From positions 1,152,001 through 1,216,000 of the forward strand of contig CBDCRP010000003.1 in assembly GCA_965221165.1 (NCBI GenBank): a stretch of 64,000 nucleotides of DNA. Reading direction: 5' to 3'. Position 1 is the stretch's first letter. Each line of letters opens with the position of its first letter. The translations under genes were made by a program, and so were the position numbers. The notes beneath the pieces are model-generated. The model worked only from the letters and a program-made list of their open reading frames with translations, was not told where the DNA came from and searched no databases. This document shows positions 48,013-64,000 of this stretch, in pieces. Source of the DNA: a bacterium. Its GTDB lineage: Bacteria > UBA8248.

Positions 48013-48726
48013 TCAATTCCCGCGCGCGGCCCGTTTGGAGGCCTTCAGGGGATTCAGGTTCCTGATCTGCTCTTTCGGTTTTTCCAGTCCACCCCTGTTG
48101 CCCTTGACGCTTTTGCGCAAAACCAGAAGTCCATTATTCGCTCCGGGCACGGCGCCCCTGAGCATCAGGAGATTCTCCTCGGGAATGACGTCCACCACCA
48201 AAAGCCCTTGGGTGGTGACCTTCTCGTTTCCCATGTGACCCGGCATTTTCTTGCCCTTGATGATTTTCGAGGGAGTGGCCGAGGCGCCCATCGCACCCGG
48301 CAGGCGATCGAACATGCCGCCGTGAGAGGCCGGCCCGCCGCTGAATCCATGACGCTTCATCACGCCGGCGAAGCCGCGGCCCTTGCTCGTGCCCGTCACA
48401 TCAAGGCGATCGCCGCGATCGAATATCGTCACGTCGATGAGGCTTCCGGCCTCGAATTCCGCGTCCTCATCCTCCAGCGGAACTTCCTTGAGGTAGCGGA
48501 AAGGCTGCGTTCCCGCTTTTCTAAAATGCCCCAAGGACGCCTTCGAGAGACCCTTTTCCTTTCGGGGCATGTACCCGATCTGAACGGCCGCATAGCCGTC
48601 ATGCTCCTCGGTCTTTCTCTGCACGACGGTACAAGGGCCCGCCTCGACCACCGTCACCGAAATCGCTCCGCCATCCGGCGAGAATATCTGGGTCATCCCG
48701 ATTTTTCGGCCAAGTAAAAATTCCAT
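48013..48726 (-). CDS. rplC: 50S ribosomal protein L3
   Basis: KIGMTQ, SKGRGFAG, MPGHMG. Confidence 0.98.
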   Translation of the reverse strand: MEFLLGRKIGMTQIFSPDGGAISVTVVEAGPCTVVQRKTEEHDGYAAVQIGYMPRKEKGLSKASLGHFRKAGTQPFRYLKEVPLEDEDAEFEAGSLIDVTIFDRGDRLDVTGTSKGRGFAGVMKRHGFSGGPASHGGMFDRLPGAMGASATPSKIIKGKKMPGHMGNEKVTTQGLLVVDVIPEENLLMLRGAVPGANNGLLVLRKSVKGNRGGLEKPKEQIRNLNPLKASKRAARGN

Positions 48727-48739
48727 CACACCATCCCGT

Positions 48740-49048
48740 CTAATTCAACTTAATTTCGACATCCACGCCGGCGGCGAGCTCCAGCTTCATGAGCGCGTCC
48801 ACCGTCTGCTGCGTAGGCTCCATGATGTCCACGAGCCGTTTATGCGTCCGGATCTCGAACTGCTCTCTCGATTTCTTGTCGATATGCGGACCGCGCAACA
48901 CCGTATACTTGTTGATGGAAGTGGGCAGCGGCACCGGCCCTACCAGCAAAGCGCCCGTCCGCTTCACAGTATCGACAATCTCGCCTACCGATTGATCGAG
49001 CAGGCGATGATCGTATGCCTTCAGTCGAATCCGAATCTTCTGACTCAT
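48740..49048 (-). CDS. rpsJ: 30S ribosomal protein S10
   Basis: [21 protein letters not shown]. Confidence 0.98.
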   Translation of the reverse strand: MSQKIRIRLKAYDHRLLDQSVGEIVDTVKRTGALLVGPVPLPTSINKYTVLRGPHIDKKSREQFEIRTHKRLVDIMEPTQQTVDALMKLELAAGVDVEIKLN

Positions 49049-49073
49049 TTTTTCCCGCTATCCTTCCATCGCT

Positions 49074-50252
49074 CTATTCGACGACCTCCGTGACGACGCC
49101 GGCCCCCACCGTACGGCCCCCCTCGCGTATCGCGAAGCGCAACTCGCGCTCCATCGCTATCGGCGTTATCAACTCCACGTCCAGTGACACGTTATCCCCG
49201 GGCATCACCATCTCGCGGCCCTCGGGCAGCGTCACCAGTCCCGTCACGTCCGTCGTCCTAAAATAAAACTGCGGCCTGTATCCATTGAAAAACGGCGTGT
49301 GCCTACCGCCCTCTTCTTTCGTCAGTATGTACACCTCGCCCCTGAACTTCAGGTGCGGCAGAATCGAGGCCGGCTGCGCCAGAACCTGCCCGCGCTCTAT
49401 CTCGTCTTTCTTCACCCCGCGCAGCAATACCCCCACGTTATCCCCAGCCTGCCCCTGGTCCAGGAGTTTCCGGAACATCTCCACTCCCGTCGCCACCGTC
49501 TTCTGCGTGTCCGTGATGCCCACTATCTCCACCTCGTCGCCCACGTTCACGACCCCCCGCTCCACGCGGCCCGTCGCCACCGTCCCGCGACCCGAAATCG
49601 AGAACACGTCCTCCACGGGCATCAGGAACGGCTTGTCCACGTCCCGTACCGGCTCGGGGATATAACCGTCCACCGCACCCATCAGAGCGTCTATCGAGGA
49701 AGTGTCCGTACCCTCCAGGGCTCTCAGCGCGGAACCCGGCACCACCGGAATGTCGTCGCCCGGGAACTCATAGGTCGAGAGAAGCTCGCGGACTTCCAGT
49801 TCCACCAACTCCAAAAGCTCCTCGTCGTCCACCATGTCCACCTTGTTCAGATAAACACAGATGTAGGGAACCCCCACCTGGCGCGCCAGCAAGATGTGCT
49901 CGCGCGTCTGCGGCATCGGCCCGTCCGCCGCCGATACCACCAGTATCGCCCCGTCCATCTGCGCAGCGCCCGTTATCATGTTCTTCACGTAGTCCGCATG
50001 GCCCGGACAGTCCACGTGCGCGTAGTGGCGGTTCTCCGTCTCGTACTCCACGTGCGCCGTCGCTATCGTGATGCCCCGCTCGCGCTCCTCGGGAGCCTTG
50101 TCGATCTCGTCAAAACCGATCTCCTCCGCCATCCCCTTCTGCGCCAGATGCTTCGTGATCGCAGCCGTCAACGTCGTCTTCCCATGGTCCACGTGTCCTA
50201 TCGTCCCTACGTTCACGTGCGGCTTCGTGCGCTCGAACTTCGCCTTCGCCAT
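49074..50252 (-). CDS. tuf: Elongation factor Tu
   Basis: [24 protein letters not shown]. Confidence 0.99.
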   Translation of the reverse strand: MAKAKFERTKPHVNVGTIGHVDHGKTTLTAAITKHLAQKGMAEEIGFDEIDKAPEERERGITIATAHVEYETENRHYAHVDCPGHADYVKNMITGAAQMDGAILVVSAADGPMPQTREHILLARQVGVPYICVYLNKVDMVDDEELLELVELEVRELLSTYEFPGDDIPVVPGSALRALEGTDTSSIDALMGAVDGYIPEPVRDVDKPFLMPVEDVFSISGRGTVATGRVERGVVNVGDEVEIVGITDTQKTVATGVEMFRKLLDQGQAGDNVGVLLRGVKKDEIERGQVLAQPASILPHLKFRGEVYILTKEEGGRHTPFFNGYRPQFYFRTTDVTGLVTLPEGREMVMPGDNVSLDVELITPIAMERELRFAIREGGRTVGAGVVTEVVE

Positions 50253-50322
50253 GGCTTACCTTCTCCTTCTGATTGAAATTCAGAGAGGGCGGCTTGCGCT
50301 CGCCCTCTCCCGAAATACCAGT

Positions 50323-52431
50323 CTATGCCGTTTCGACCGCCGTACCGACGTTTTTCGCCATCAACTCCTCGGTAAGCTGTCGCGGCATCTCTTCATAACG
50401 ACCAAACTGCATCGTATAGGTCGCTCTACCTTGCGTCATCGAGCGGACATCGGTCGCGTAACCGAACATTTCCGACAACGGAACAGAAGCGTTCACCACC
50501 TTGGCGCCCGCCCTGTCTTCCATCTCGCGAATCCGACCGCGCCTGGAGGTGAGATCTCCCATGACGTCGCCCAGAAAATCTGCGGGGCACACCACTTCCA
50601 TATCCATGATGGGCTCGAGCAGAACGGGTTTCGCCTTCTTCGCGGCTTCTTTGAAGGCCCTGGACCCGGCGATTTTGAAGGCCACCTCGGAACTATCGAC
50701 CTGATGGAAGGAACCATCGAAAAGCGTAACCTCGATATCGAGCAACGGATATCCGGCGACCACCCCGTTTTCCATGGCCTCCTTGATGCCATTCTCGACC
50801 GCCGGGATATATTCTCTCGGAATCACGCCGCCCACAATCTTGTTGACGAACTGAAAACCGCCGCCGGGAGCGAGCGGCCTGATGGTGATTTCCACGTCCC
50901 CGAACTGCCCCCGTCCGCCGGATTGGCGCACGAAACGCCCGCGCGCGGTGGCTTCGGCCCGAATCGTCTCCCGATAGGCGACCTGGGGCTTGCCCACGCT
51001 GGCTTCCAGCGCAAATTCCCGGAAAAGCCTGTCCACCAGAATCTCCAGGTGCAACTCACCCATGCCGGAGAGGATGGTCTGCGCCGTTTCCTCATCCGAA
51101 CGCACCCGGAAGGTCGGGTCCTCGTCCGAGAGCCTCGCCAGGGCGTTGCCCAGCTTGTCCTGGTCGGATTTCGTTTTCGGCTCGATGGCGATGGAAATGA
51201 CGGGTTCCGGGAAGTTGATGGTTTCAAGAAGGATGGGGTGGGCGGGATCGGAGAGGCTATGACCTGTTTTGGCCTGCTTGATGCCCAGGGCGGCGACGAT
51301 GTCGCCTGCATGGGCCTCCTGTATCTCCTCGCGCTTATTCGCGTGCATTCGCATGAGGCGTCCTACGCGCTCCTGCTTGCCGATAATCGTGTTCAACACG
51401 AAGGAACCGGATTTCAGCACGCCGGAATATATGCGGATAAACACCAGTTGGCCCACATAAGGATCCGTCATCACCTTGAAGGCCAGCCCGCAGAGCGGGT
51501 CGCTGTCTACAGGCGCTCTTTCCTCGGGTTTTCTGCCCAGTTCCAAATCTTCATCCGACAAGACGGCCTGAACCGGAGGGATATCGAGGGGAGAGGGGAG
51601 ATAGTCGACGATGGCGTCGAGCAGAAGCTGGACGCCTTTGTTCCTGAACGCCGAGCCGCATACGACGGGCACGAATTCTCCGGAGAGCGTTCCCTTTCGA
51701 ACCGCGGCCCGAATCTCCTCGGGAGAAATCTCCTCGCCTTCGAGGTATTTCTCCACCAGAGAATCGTCGAACATCGAGAGCGTGTCGAAGAGTTTCTCTC
51801 TCCAGTCATCCGCTTCGGCCTTCATATCCTCGGGCACTTCCGCCTCTCTGTAGGATTCGCCCATGGGGTCGTCGAACACCCGTGCCTTCATGGTCACGAG
51901 ATCCACCATGCCGGTAAAGTTTTCCTCCGCCCCGATCGGGACTTGCAGCACGAGCGGGTTCGCGGCGAGACGCTCCCGCACCTCCTCCACGACCCTCTGG
52001 AAATCCGCACCCGTTCTATCCATCTTGTTGACGAACACGAGGCGGGGCACGCCGTATTTTTCCGCCTGGCGCCAGACCGTCTCGCTTTGCGGCTCCACGC
52101 CGCCCACGGCGCAAAACACCGCCACCGCGCCGTCGAGAACGCGCAGGCTTCTCTCCACCTCGGCCGTGAAATCCACGTGGCCGGGCGTGTCGATGATGTT
52201 GATGACGTGATCGTTCCAGGCGCAGCGCGTCGCTGCGGAGGTGATGGTGATCCCGCGCTCTTGTTCTTGCGCCATCCAGTCCATGGTGGCCGCGCCGTCA
52301 TGCACCTCGCCCATCTTATGGGTTCTGCCCGTATAGAACAGGACTCGCTCGGTCGTCGTCGTCTTGCCGGCGTCGATGTGCGCCATAATACCGATGTTTC
52401 TGGTATTTCTGAGCGCTATTTCGCTGGACAC
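50323..52431 (-). CDS. fusA: Elongation factor G
   Basis: [24 protein letters not shown]. Confidence 0.99.
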   Translation of the reverse strand: MSSEIALRNTRNIGIMAHIDAGKTTTTERVLFYTGRTHKMGEVHDGAATMDWMAQEQERGITITSAATRCAWNDHVINIIDTPGHVDFTAEVERSLRVLDGAVAVFCAVGGVEPQSETVWRQAEKYGVPRLVFVNKMDRTGADFQRVVEEVRERLAANPLVLQVPIGAEENFTGMVDLVTMKARVFDDPMGESYREAEVPEDMKAEADDWREKLFDTLSMFDDSLVEKYLEGEEISPEEIRAAVRKGTLSGEFVPVVCGSAFRNKGVQLLLDAIVDYLPSPLDIPPVQAVLSDEDLELGRKPEERAPVDSDPLCGLAFKVMTDPYVGQLVFIRIYSGVLKSGSFVLNTIIGKQERVGRLMRMHANKREEIQEAHAGDIVAALGIKQAKTGHSLSDPAHPILLETINFPEPVISIAIEPKTKSDQDKLGNALARLSDEDPTFRVRSDEETAQTILSGMGELHLEILVDRLFREFALEASVGKPQVAYRETIRAEATARGRFVRQSGGRGQFGDVEITIRPLAPGGGFQFVNKIVGGVIPREYIPAVENGIKEAMENGVVAGYPLLDIEVTLFDGSFHQVDSSEVAFKIAGSRAFKEAAKKAKPVLLEPIMDMEVVCPADFLGDVMGDLTSRRGRIREMEDRAGAKVVNASVPLSEMFGYATDVRSMTQGRATYTMQFGRYEEMPRQLTEELMAKNVGTAVETA

Positions 52432-52452
52432 GGTCTTAATCCTTCCCTCGGC

Positions 52453-52920
52453 CTACCAACGATAATGGGCGAAGGCCTTGTTTGCCTCCGCCATACGGTG
52501 CGTGTTTTCCCTGAGGCGAACGGCGCCGCCCGTATCGTTCGCGGCGTCCATAATCTCGGCTGCGAGGCCGTTCGCTATCTTTCTGTCCCGGCTCCGGGCG
52601 TTCTGGATGATCCAGCGGATGCTCAGCGCCGTGCGCCTGTCGGGCCGCACTTCCACGGGCACCTGATAGGTGGCGCCGCCCACGCGCCTGGAGCGAACCT
52701 CGAGAGCGGGCTTCACGTTGTCCATGGCGCGCTTGAAGACTTTGATGGGGTCTTCCTTCATCTTCTCCTCCACCACGTCCATCGCCCCATAGAACACGCG
52801 CTCGGCCAGGCTCTTCTTCCCCTTGAGCATCAAGGAGTTGATGAACTTGGTCACCAACCGGTCGTTGAACTTCGGATCCGGCAAAACGGTTCTTTTCGTG
52901 GCTCTTTTTCTTCTCGCCAT
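52453..52920 (-). CDS. rpsG: 30S ribosomal protein S7
   Basis: [21 protein letters not shown]. Confidence 0.99.
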   Translation of the reverse strand: MARRKRATKRTVLPDPKFNDRLVTKFINSLMLKGKKSLAERVFYGAMDVVEEKMKEDPIKVFKRAMDNVKPALEVRSRRVGGATYQVPVEVRPDRRTALSIRWIIQNARSRDRKIANGLAAEIMDAANDTGGAVRLRENTHRMAEANKAFAHYRW

Positions 52921-52962
52921 GGACAGTGAATCTCCCTGCTGTACCTGAAAAGCGAATGCCGC

Positions 52963-53337
52963 TTACTTCGGCTTTTTCGCCCCGTATTTGGAGCGTCCGT
53001 TGCGGCGCGCCTCTACACCCACGCTATCGAGCGTCCCCCGAACGACGTGATACCGGATGCCGGGCAGATCCTTCACCCGCCCGCCGCGAATCAAGACGAT
53101 GGAGTGCTCCTGAAGGTTGTGCCCCTCGCCCGGGATGTAGGTTGTCACCTCCATTCCGTTGGTGAGGCGCACGCGCGCTACCTTTCGGAGCGCCGAATTC
53201 GGCTTCTTGGGCGTCGTCGTGTACACCCGTACGCAAACGCCGCGCTTTTGGGGACAATTGCGCAGCGCCGGGCTGTCGGTCTTCGTCTGAATCCGCTTGC
53301 GGCCCTTGCGAATCAACTGGCTAATCGTCGGCACCAT
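52963..53337 (-). CDS. rpsL: 30S ribosomal protein S12
   Basis: [19 protein letters not shown]. Confidence 0.99.
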   Translation of the reverse strand: MVPTISQLIRKGRKRIQTKTDSPALRNCPQKRGVCVRVYTTTPKKPNSALRKVARVRLTNGMEVTTYIPGEGHNLQEHSIVLIRGGRVKDLPGIRYHVVRGTLDSVGVEARRNGRSKYGAKKPK

Positions 53338-53537
53338 TTACTCCAAAGCATGAGGAAAACCGTTGCGAAAAAATCTTGCGCTTTCGAGACCAGAGCGTTC
53401 TTTGCCCTCACCTCGGGACCCTTTGTCTGATTATAGGCTGAATCCCGAGATAGGGCAGCCAATTATCTATAATTATTTCAATTACTTGCAAGGGCCTGCA
53501 TATTCAAAAACCACACGCGCCAGACAAGGAAGCGGGG

Positions 53538-53565
53538 ATTATAGCCCGACTCGCGCTCTTGTCAA
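53538..53565 (-). promoter_or_regulatory. Consensus sigma70 promoter of the str operon
   Basis: TTGACA (53565-53560), 16 nt, TATAAT (53543-53538). Confidence 0.75.
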
Positions 53566-53600
53566 CCTCAGGCGCTCAAAAAAATACATATTCTCAGGGG

Positions 53601-57752
<4,152 letters not shown>

Positions 57753-57835
57753 TTCAACCCTCCTTGGGAGTATATTCGTCATCCCTTGGGCGACGGTCGA
57801 TGGAACCGCCAAACAAACAGGCCAATGATTTCAGT

Positions 57836-60800
57836 CTAGCTCGGCGCCTCGCCGCTCTCTATCAACTCGACATCGAGAGCGAGGCTCTGAAGCTCCTTCA
57901 TCAACACGTTGAAGGACTCGGGCAGACTCGCTTCGAGCGAGTTCTCGCCTTTCACGATGGACTCATAAATCCGCGTGCGGCCGGAAACGTCGTCGCTCTT
58001 CACCGTCAGTATCTCCTGCAGCGTCTTGGCGGCGCCGTAGGCCTCGAGCGCCCACACCTCCATCTCACCGAGGCGCTGCCCGCCGAATTGCGCCTTGCCG
58101 CCCAGGGGCTGCTGCGTCACCAGAGAATAGGGCCCCGTCGAGCGCGCGTGAATCTTGTCGTCCACGAGGTGGTGGAGCTTGAGCATGTAGATCATGCCCA
58201 CCGTCACCTTCTGCTCGAAGGGCTGGCCGTTTTTGCCGTCATACAACTGGGTTTTCCCGTAAGGCGGCAACTGGGCCTCGTTCGTATAGCGAACGATGTC
58301 CTCTTCCGTCGCGCCGTCGAACACCGGCGTCGCGAAATGCTTGCCCAGAACCTTGGCGGCCCAGCCCAGGTTCGTCTCCAGTATCTGGCCGACGTTCATG
58401 CGGGAGGGCACGCCGAGGGGGTTCAGTACGATCTCGATGGGCGTACCGTCATCGAGATAGGGCATATCCTCCTCGGGAACGATGATGGACACGACGCCCT
58501 TGTTGCCGTGGCGGCCCGCCATCTTGTCCCCCACCTGGAGCTTGCGTTTCATCGCCACATAGACTTTCGCCATCTTGAGAACGCCTGGGGGAAGTTCGTC
58601 GCCGCGCTGCAGCTTGGCTATCTTTTCCTGCAAAATGCTGTCGAGCAATTCCACCTGCTCGTTCGTGTGATCGGACATGGCCGTGATCTGCTCGAGCAAC
58701 CCCTTCTCGACGGGCAGGCCCAGGAGGTAGATGCCGCTGAAGCCCGCGAGACCCTCCGCATCGAGTTCCTCCCCTTTGGCGAAGAAGTTCTCGCCCGTTC
58801 TGGGATGCACCACCTCGGCGAGGGCGCGCTGCCCAATCAGCAGAGAGCGGATTCTCGCATCGCCCTCTTCAAGCAGAATACGGATTTCATCGCCGTAATC
58901 TTTTTCCAGCCTGTTGATCTCCGCCTCCTCGATCTCGAGCATGCGGCTGTCCTTCGCCGCGCCGCGCCTCGAGAAGACGCGAACCTCCACGACCGTTCCC
59001 TCGATTCCCGGAGGCACCCGGAGCGAGGAGTCGCGAACGTCGCCCGCCTTCTCGCCGAAGATGGCCCGCAGCAGTTTCTCCTCGGGGCTGAGCTGCGTCT
59101 CTCCTTTCGGCGTGATGCGCCCGACGAGAACGTCTCCCGGGTTGACCCGCGCTCCCACGCGAACGATGCCGCTCTCATCGAGGTCGCGGAGGGCTTCTTC
59201 ACTCTGGTTCGGGATGTCGCGCGTAATCTCCTCGGGTCCCTGCTTCGTGTCGCGCGCCTCGATCTCGAACTCCTCGATGTGCAAGGAGGTGTAGATGTCT
59301 TCTTTCACCACCTTTTCGGAGATGACGATGGCGTCCTCGAAGTTGTAGCCGTTCCAGGGCATGAAGGCGACGAGCATGTTTCTGCCCAAAGCGAGTTCAC
59401 CCTGGTCGGTGGAGAACCCATCCGCGACGATATCGCCCTTCTTCACCTCCTGTCCCACATGAACGATGGGTTTTTGGTTGATGCACGTGTTCTGGTTCGA
59501 GCGGCGATACTTCACCAGGTTATGGATGTAGACGCCCTCTTCGGCCACGTTCCCGGCCTGCTCGGTCGCGCGAATCACGATTCTGGTCGCGTCCACGCTC
59601 GCCACCCGGCCGTCGCACTGCGCGATGACGACCGCGCCCGAATCCCTCGCCGCGATTCCCTCCATCCCGGTGCCGACGAAGGGCGCCTCGGGACGCAGAA
59701 GGGGAACCGCCTGACGCTGCATGTTCGAACCCATGAGCGCGCGGTTCGCGTCGTCATTCTCCAGGAAGGGAATCAAGGAGGTGGCCACGCTCACCAACTG
59801 CTTGGGGGAGACGTCCATGTAGTCCACCTGCTCGCGGGGAACCATGACGAACTCACCGCTCGTCCTCGCGGATACGAAATCGTTGACGAGGTTTCCCTTC
59901 TCGTCCACAGGCGCGTTCGCCTGGGCTATCTTGTACTTGTCCTCATCGATCGCCGAGAGCCATTCGACGGATTCGCCGACGCGCCCGCTCACCACCTTGC
60001 GGCAGGGCGTTTCGATGAATCCGTACTGATTCACGCGCGCATACGTGGAAAGGCTCGCTATCAACCCGATGTTCGGCCCCTCGGGCGTCTCGATCGGGCA
60101 TATGCGGCCATAGTGGGTGGCGTGAACGTCGCGCACCTCGAAACCCGCCCTGTCGCGCGTCAAACCTCCGGGGCCCAGGGCCGAGAGCCTGCGCTTGTGG
60201 GTAATCTCGGAGAGAGGATTCGTCTGGTCCATGAACTGGCTCAACTGGCTGGAGCCGAAAAATTCCTTCACCGCCGCCGTTATCATCTTGGAGTTGACCA
60301 AATCGCGCACCAGGAGATTCTCCATATCCTGGATGCTCAGTCGCTCGCGAATGGCGCGCTCCATGCGCACGAGGCCCACGCGGAACTGGCTTTCGAGCAA
60401 CTCGCCCACGGAGCGCACGCGCCGGTTGCCGAGATGGTCGATGTCGTCCACCGTGCCCTGGCCGTGGCGAAGCTCGATGATGTAGCGAACCGTGGCGATG
60501 ACGTCGTTGAGCGTCAAGGTTCTCTGGTCCAGCTGGAGGTTCAGGCCCAGCTTCGTGTTCAGCTTCAGCCGCCCGATGCGGGACAAATCATATCGCTTCG
60601 AATTGAAGAAGAGATTCTCGAAAAGGAGCCGCGCCGTTTCCTTCGTCGGCGGATCGCCCGGTCGCAGACGCTTGTAGATTTCCACGAGAGCGTCTTCGTT
60701 CGTTTCGCACTTATCCGTCGTCAGGGTGTCGCGAATGGTCCTGTCCGCGCCGACGCCGGAAACATAAAGAATCGCCAGCTTGGAGATTTTCTTGTCGCGC

Positions 60801-61882
60801 AGGGTGGCGAGCACCTCCGAGGTGATCTCGAGGTTCGTATCGAAGAGCACCTCGCCGGTTTCGGGATCGGGCAAAGGCTGGGCCAGAATGCCCCCGACGA
60901 CTTCCTCGTCCTTGAGTTCGAGGTTCTCGATGCCCGCGGCCTGAAGCTTCCTTAATGCGGCGCGTGTGAACTTCCGCCCGGAGCGCAGCACCAACTCGCC
61001 CGTCTCGGGAAGGACGATGTCCTCGAAAATCCTCTGGTTCACCATGAGTTCGGAGAGTTTCTTGTAGTAGATGTCCCTCTTCTCGTCGTAGAAGAGATCC
61101 TCGCTCTGGTAAAAGGAATTCAGAATATCGTCCTTATCCAGACCGAATGCGCGCAGTAGGATGGTGACGGGAAGCTTACGCCGCCTGTCGATTCGGACGA
61201 AGAGCAGGTCCTTGCTGTCGAACTCGAAATCCAGCCAGCTTCCCCGGTAGGGTATGAGCCTGGCCGTGAAGGCCGATTTGGCCGTGGGCTTCGCCTTGTC
61301 CGCGCTGAAGAAAGCGCCCGGCGAGCGGTGCATCTGGCTGACGACGACGCGCTCCGTGCCGTTGATGATGAAGGTGCCGTTCTCCGTCATGAGGGGAATT
61401 TCGCCCAGGTATACCTTTTGCTCCTTCACCTCGCGGACGCGGCGTTCCTTGGTTTGCTCATCCTGCTCATACACCGTGAGGCGCAGCATGACGCGCAGGG
61501 GCGCGACGTACGTCATACCCCTCTGGCGGCATTCATCGGCCTCGTGCTTTTGACGACAGAAGATCTCTGCTCCGTCATCGTCCTTCACTCCGGGGCCGCC
61601 CAGACCGGGATATTCATTCCCTTTCGATTCCCAGAGGCCTATCTCATAGCCCAGATATTCGAGCGTTACGTTCTCGGCCGAATCAGAGATGGGGAACACG
61701 CTGCGGAACACACCCTCCAGACCCTCGTCCGTCCGACGCTCGGAGGGGTTCGTGTCCCACTGGAGGAATCTCTCGTAAGAAGAAAGCTGGATGTCGATCA
61801 GATTCGGAATATCGATAACCGCAGGTATAGAGGCGAAATCCTCACGAACCCGCCGGCCGTTTTTGCCATTTTTTACATTCAT
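57836..61882 (-). CDS. rpoB: RNA polymerase beta subunit
   Basis: [31 protein letters not shown]. Confidence 0.99.
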   Translation of the reverse strand: MNVKNGKNGRRVREDFASIPAVIDIPNLIDIQLSSYERFLQWDTNPSERRTDEGLEGVFRSVFPISDSAENVTLEYLGYEIGLWESKGNEYPGLGGPGVKDDDGAEIFCRQKHEADECRQRGMTYVAPLRVMLRLTVYEQDEQTKERRVREVKEQKVYLGEIPLMTENGTFIINGTERVVVSQMHRSPGAFFSADKAKPTAKSAFTARLIPYRGSWLDFEFDSKDLLFVRIDRRRKLPVTILLRAFGLDKDDILNSFYQSEDLFYDEKRDIYYKKLSELMVNQRIFEDIVLPETGELVLRSGRKFTRAALRKLQAAGIENLELKDEEVVGGILAQPLPDPETGEVLFDTNLEITSEVLATLRDKKISKLAILYVSGVGADRTIRDTLTTDKCETNEDALVEIYKRLRPGDPPTKETARLLFENLFFNSKRYDLSRIGRLKLNTKLGLNLQLDQRTLTLNDVIATVRYIIELRHGQGTVDDIDHLGNRRVRSVGELLESQFRVGLVRMERAIRERLSIQDMENLLVRDLVNSKMITAAVKEFFGSSQLSQFMDQTNPLSEITHKRRLSALGPGGLTRDRAGFEVRDVHATHYGRICPIETPEGPNIGLIASLSTYARVNQYGFIETPCRKVVSGRVGESVEWLSAIDEDKYKIAQANAPVDEKGNLVNDFVSARTSGEFVMVPREQVDYMDVSPKQLVSVATSLIPFLENDDANRALMGSNMQRQAVPLLRPEAPFVGTGMEGIAARDSGAVVIAQCDGRVASVDATRIVIRATEQAGNVAEEGVYIHNLVKYRRSNQNTCINQKPIVHVGQEVKKGDIVADGFSTDQGELALGRNMLVAFMPWNGYNFEDAIVISEKVVKEDIYTSLHIEEFEIEARDTKQGPEEITRDIPNQSEEALRDLDESGIVRVGARVNPGDVLVGRITPKGETQLSPEEKLLRAIFGEKAGDVRDSSLRVPPGIEGTVVEVRVFSRRGAAKDSRMLEIEEAEINRLEKDYGDEIRILLEEGDARIRSLLIGQRALAEVVHPRTGENFFAKGEELDAEGLAGFSGIYLLGLPVEKGLLEQITAMSDHTNEQVELLDSILQEKIAKLQRGDELPPGVLKMAKVYVAMKRKLQVGDKMAGRHGNKGVVSIIVPEEDMPYLDDGTPIEIVLNPLGVPSRMNVGQILETNLGWAAKVLGKHFATPVFDGATEEDIVRYTNEAQLPPYGKTQLYDGKNGQPFEQKVTVGMIYMLKLHHLVDDKIHARSTGPYSLVTQQPLGGKAQFGGQRLGEMEVWALEAYGAAKTLQEILTVKSDDVSGRTRIYESIVKGENSLEASLPESFNVLMKELQSLALDVELIESGEAPS

Positions 61883-61976
61883 GTTGGCTCACCTCAAGAA
61901 AGTGGGGGCGATTCGAGTAAAGCACCCGGCCCCGCTCGAACAGCGAAAGCCGGGCTATCAGAATCCCGGGTGAGCC

Positions 61977-62360
61977 TTATGTGATTTCCACCTCCGCGCC
62001 GACCTCTTTGAGTTTATTGGCGGCGGCCTCGGCGTCTTCCTTGGGAATCGCCTCGACAACGGCTTGCGGGGCGCTTTCCACCAGGTCTTTCGCCTCCTTG
62101 AGGCCGAGACTGGTCAATTCGCGTACAGTTTTGATGACCTTGATTTTTTCCGAACCAAAAGATTTGAGAGTGACGGTGAATTCCGTTTTCTCCTCCGCCG
62201 CTTCGCCCGCGTCGCCGCCGGCCGCCATTCCCGCTCCCGCCATCATCATGGGTGCGGCTGCGGTCACGCCGAACTTGTCCTCGAGTTCCTTGACGAATTT
62301 GCTCAACTCCATCACCGTCATGTTTTCAATGAAATCGATTACTTCTTCTTTGGTCGCCAC
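61977..62360 (-). CDS. rplL: 50S ribosomal protein L7/L12
   Basis: GTG start; [23 protein letters not shown]. Confidence 0.97.
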   Translation of the reverse strand: MATKEEVIDFIENMTVMELSKFVKELEDKFGVTAAAPMMMAGAGMAAGGDAGEAAEEKTEFTVTLKSFGSEKIKVIKTVRELTSLGLKEAKDLVESAPQAVVEAIPKEDAEAAANKLKEVGAEVEIT

Positions 62361-62471
62361 AATTCCGCCCTTTCCTCGTATGCGCAATGAACCGTCGGCC
62401 AAGGCATGGCCATCTTATTTTGGAAAATTTGCCGTTTGCCCCCCTTCTTAGGGCAAACAATCATAGTACAC

Positions 62472-63032
62472 CTATTCTTTCTTCTTGGCAATCGCGTCAA
62501 CGACATTCACCAATTGAGTGATGACGCCATTCAAAACCCTCGGAAGACCCGCCACGGGCGCCTGTAAGGCGGCGAGCAGCATCGAGAGCAATACTTCGCG
62601 CGAGGGCAATTCCGCAAGCGCTTCCACCTCGGCGGTCTCGAGGAACCTGCCATCCAGAACACCGCCCTTGATCTCCCCGGCGGATTCTTGTTTCACGAAA
62701 TTTTTCAATATCTTGGCCGGAACCGAGGGATCGCCGTCGGTCGTCGCAATCGAAACCGGCCCGACGAGCCTGCCGCGCAATTCCTCGAAACTCGTGCCCT
62801 CTATAGCGCGCTCGGCGAGCGAATTCTTGATGACGGAGAGCCGAACGCCGCCATCGCGCGTTTGCCGCCTCAAGGCCGTCATCTGCGAGACGCTCAGACC
62901 ACGATAATCGAACAACACCAGGGAGGTGCTTTCGTTGAAGCGATCGTGCAGCACCTCGGTCGCCTCGACCTTGTCGGCGCGAGGCGCCTTGCCGGTCGCC
63001 AGCCTCCCCTTCTCCACAACGCCTGTCGCCAT
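62472..63032 (-). CDS. rplJ: 50S ribosomal protein L10
   Basis: DYRGL, KNSL, LPSRE. Confidence 0.96.
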   Translation of the reverse strand: MATGVVEKGRLATGKAPRADKVEATEVLHDRFNESTSLVLFDYRGLSVSQMTALRRQTRDGGVRLSVIKNSLAERAIEGTSFEELRGRLVGPVSIATTDGDPSVPAKILKNFVKQESAGEIKGGVLDGRFLETAEVEALAELPSREVLLSMLLAALQAPVAGLPRVLNGVITQLVNVVDAIAKKKE

Positions 63033-63043
63033 TTCTGGCCTCC

Positions 63044-63748
63044 TTATTTCAATGCCGCGAGAAGAGACTGGTGGTCGATCCGCACGCCCGGCCCCATCGT
63101 GCTGGAGATGGTGAGGCCCTTGAAGTACACCCCCTTGCTCGCCGCGGGCTTCGCGCGAACGAGTGCGTCCACGACCGCCGAGACGTTCTCGGAGAGCGCC
63201 TTTTCCTCAAAGCTCACCCTTCCCACCGGGGCGTGAATGATGCCCGCCTTATCCACGCGATATTCCACCTTGCCCGCCTTGATCTCCCGAACCATGCGGC
63301 CCACGTCGAAGGAGACGGTGCCGGATTTCGGGTTGGGCATCATGCCGCGCGGCCCGAGCAGTCGCCCGAGCTTGCCCACGACGCTCATGACGTCCGGCGT
63401 CGCCACCACGCGGTCGAATTCCATCCAGCCGCCCTGAATCTTCTCGGCCAAATCATCCGCACCCACGTATTCGGCGCCCGCCTCCTTGGCCTCGGCCACC
63501 TTCTCGCCCTTGGCGAACGCGACGACGCGCTCCTCTTTGCCGATGCCGTTGGGCAGAACGACGCTTCCCCGCACCATCTGCTCCGCATGGCGGGGGTCCA
63601 CGCCCAGCTTCGCGGTGATTTCGACGGTCTCGTCGAATTTGGCCGACGACACCTGCTTCACCAAACCCACGGCGCTAGAGAGTTCGTGGAGTTTTTCCCG
63701 CTCGATTCGCTCGCGGGCTTCTCGGTATTTCTTGCCGTGCCTGGGCAT
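63044..63748 (-). CDS. rplA: 50S ribosomal protein L1
   Basis: [23 protein letters not shown]. Confidence 0.98.
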   Translation of the reverse strand: MPRHGKKYREARERIEREKLHELSSAVGLVKQVSSAKFDETVEITAKLGVDPRHAEQMVRGSVVLPNGIGKEERVVAFAKGEKVAEAKEAGAEYVGADDLAEKIQGGWMEFDRVVATPDVMSVVGKLGRLLGPRGMMPNPKSGTVSFDVGRMVREIKAGKVEYRVDKAGIIHAPVGRVSFEEKALSENVSAVVDALVRAKPAASKGVYFKGLTISSTMGPGVRIDHQSLLAALK

Positions 63749-63766
63749 TTTTCAACCTCCTCCATC

Positions 63767-63802
63767 GTGGTTCGAACGGCGCCCGACCCGGACGCCTCCC
63801 AC
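63767..63802 (-). promoter_or_regulatory. Putative L1-binding mRNA element between rplK and rplA
   Basis: GTGGGAGGCG...CGCC..CGAACCAC hairpin with internal loop, directly before the rplA RBS. Confidence 0.55.
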
Positions 63803-63819
63803 CTCGGTTCAATAAAAAA

Positions 63820-64000
63820 CTACCCGCTGACCTCGATCCCCATGCTCCGGGCCGTACCCTCGATGATCTTGACGGCCCCGTCGAGATCGGCGCTGTTCAA
63901 ATCCTCTTTCTTGATCTCCGCTATCTCCTCGAGCTGCTTGCGCGTCACGCTGCCCACGCCCTCGCGCCCGGGTTCGGAGGAGCCCTTGGCCAGGGCGGCG
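63820..64000 (-). CDS. rplK: 50S ribosomal protein L11 (3' part)
   Basis: ...[12 protein letters not shown]...[11 protein letters not shown]...[12 protein letters not shown]. Confidence 0.96.
   Translation of the reverse strand, partial: AALAKGSSEPGREGVGSVTRKQLEEIAEIKKEDLNSADLDGAVKIIEGTARSMGIEVSG

Overview
GC-rich bacterial chromosome window. Protein features suggest a Nitrospinota/Tectomicrobia or deltaproteobacteria-like lineage, but this is an impression, not a tested assignment. From left to right it holds four blocks. (1) A minus-strand housekeeping block: M23 peptidase, gamma-CA-like protein, Ppx, yceD-rpmF-plsX-fabH-fabD. (2) A compact plus-strand island at about 7259-14085 containing only phage tail-tip genes: distal-tail-like, split baseplate hub, tail fibre plus chaperone, holin-like and tape measure. 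Their order is permuted, and no capsid, tube, terminase or integrase is present. An unexplained non-coding tract with a 10-bp-phased T-tract array follows it. (3) Metabolic genes: cinA, GATase, HAD, flavin reductase, Mo-oxidoreductase, Zn-ADH, cyclase, mocA, Fe-ADH, hpt, enolase-family protein, HMG-CoA-lyase-like protein, a Na+-pumping acyl-CoA decarboxylase operon, CoA transferase, GntR, ald and a thioesterase, interspersed with REP/MITE-like palindromic elements. (4) From 33.5 kb to the end, the complete minus-strand rplK-rplA-rplJ-rplL-rpoBC-str-S10-spc-alpha supercluster. The best candidate for an undescribed system is the tail-only, host-like phage module. All family calls come from motif recognition by eye; no database searches were run.
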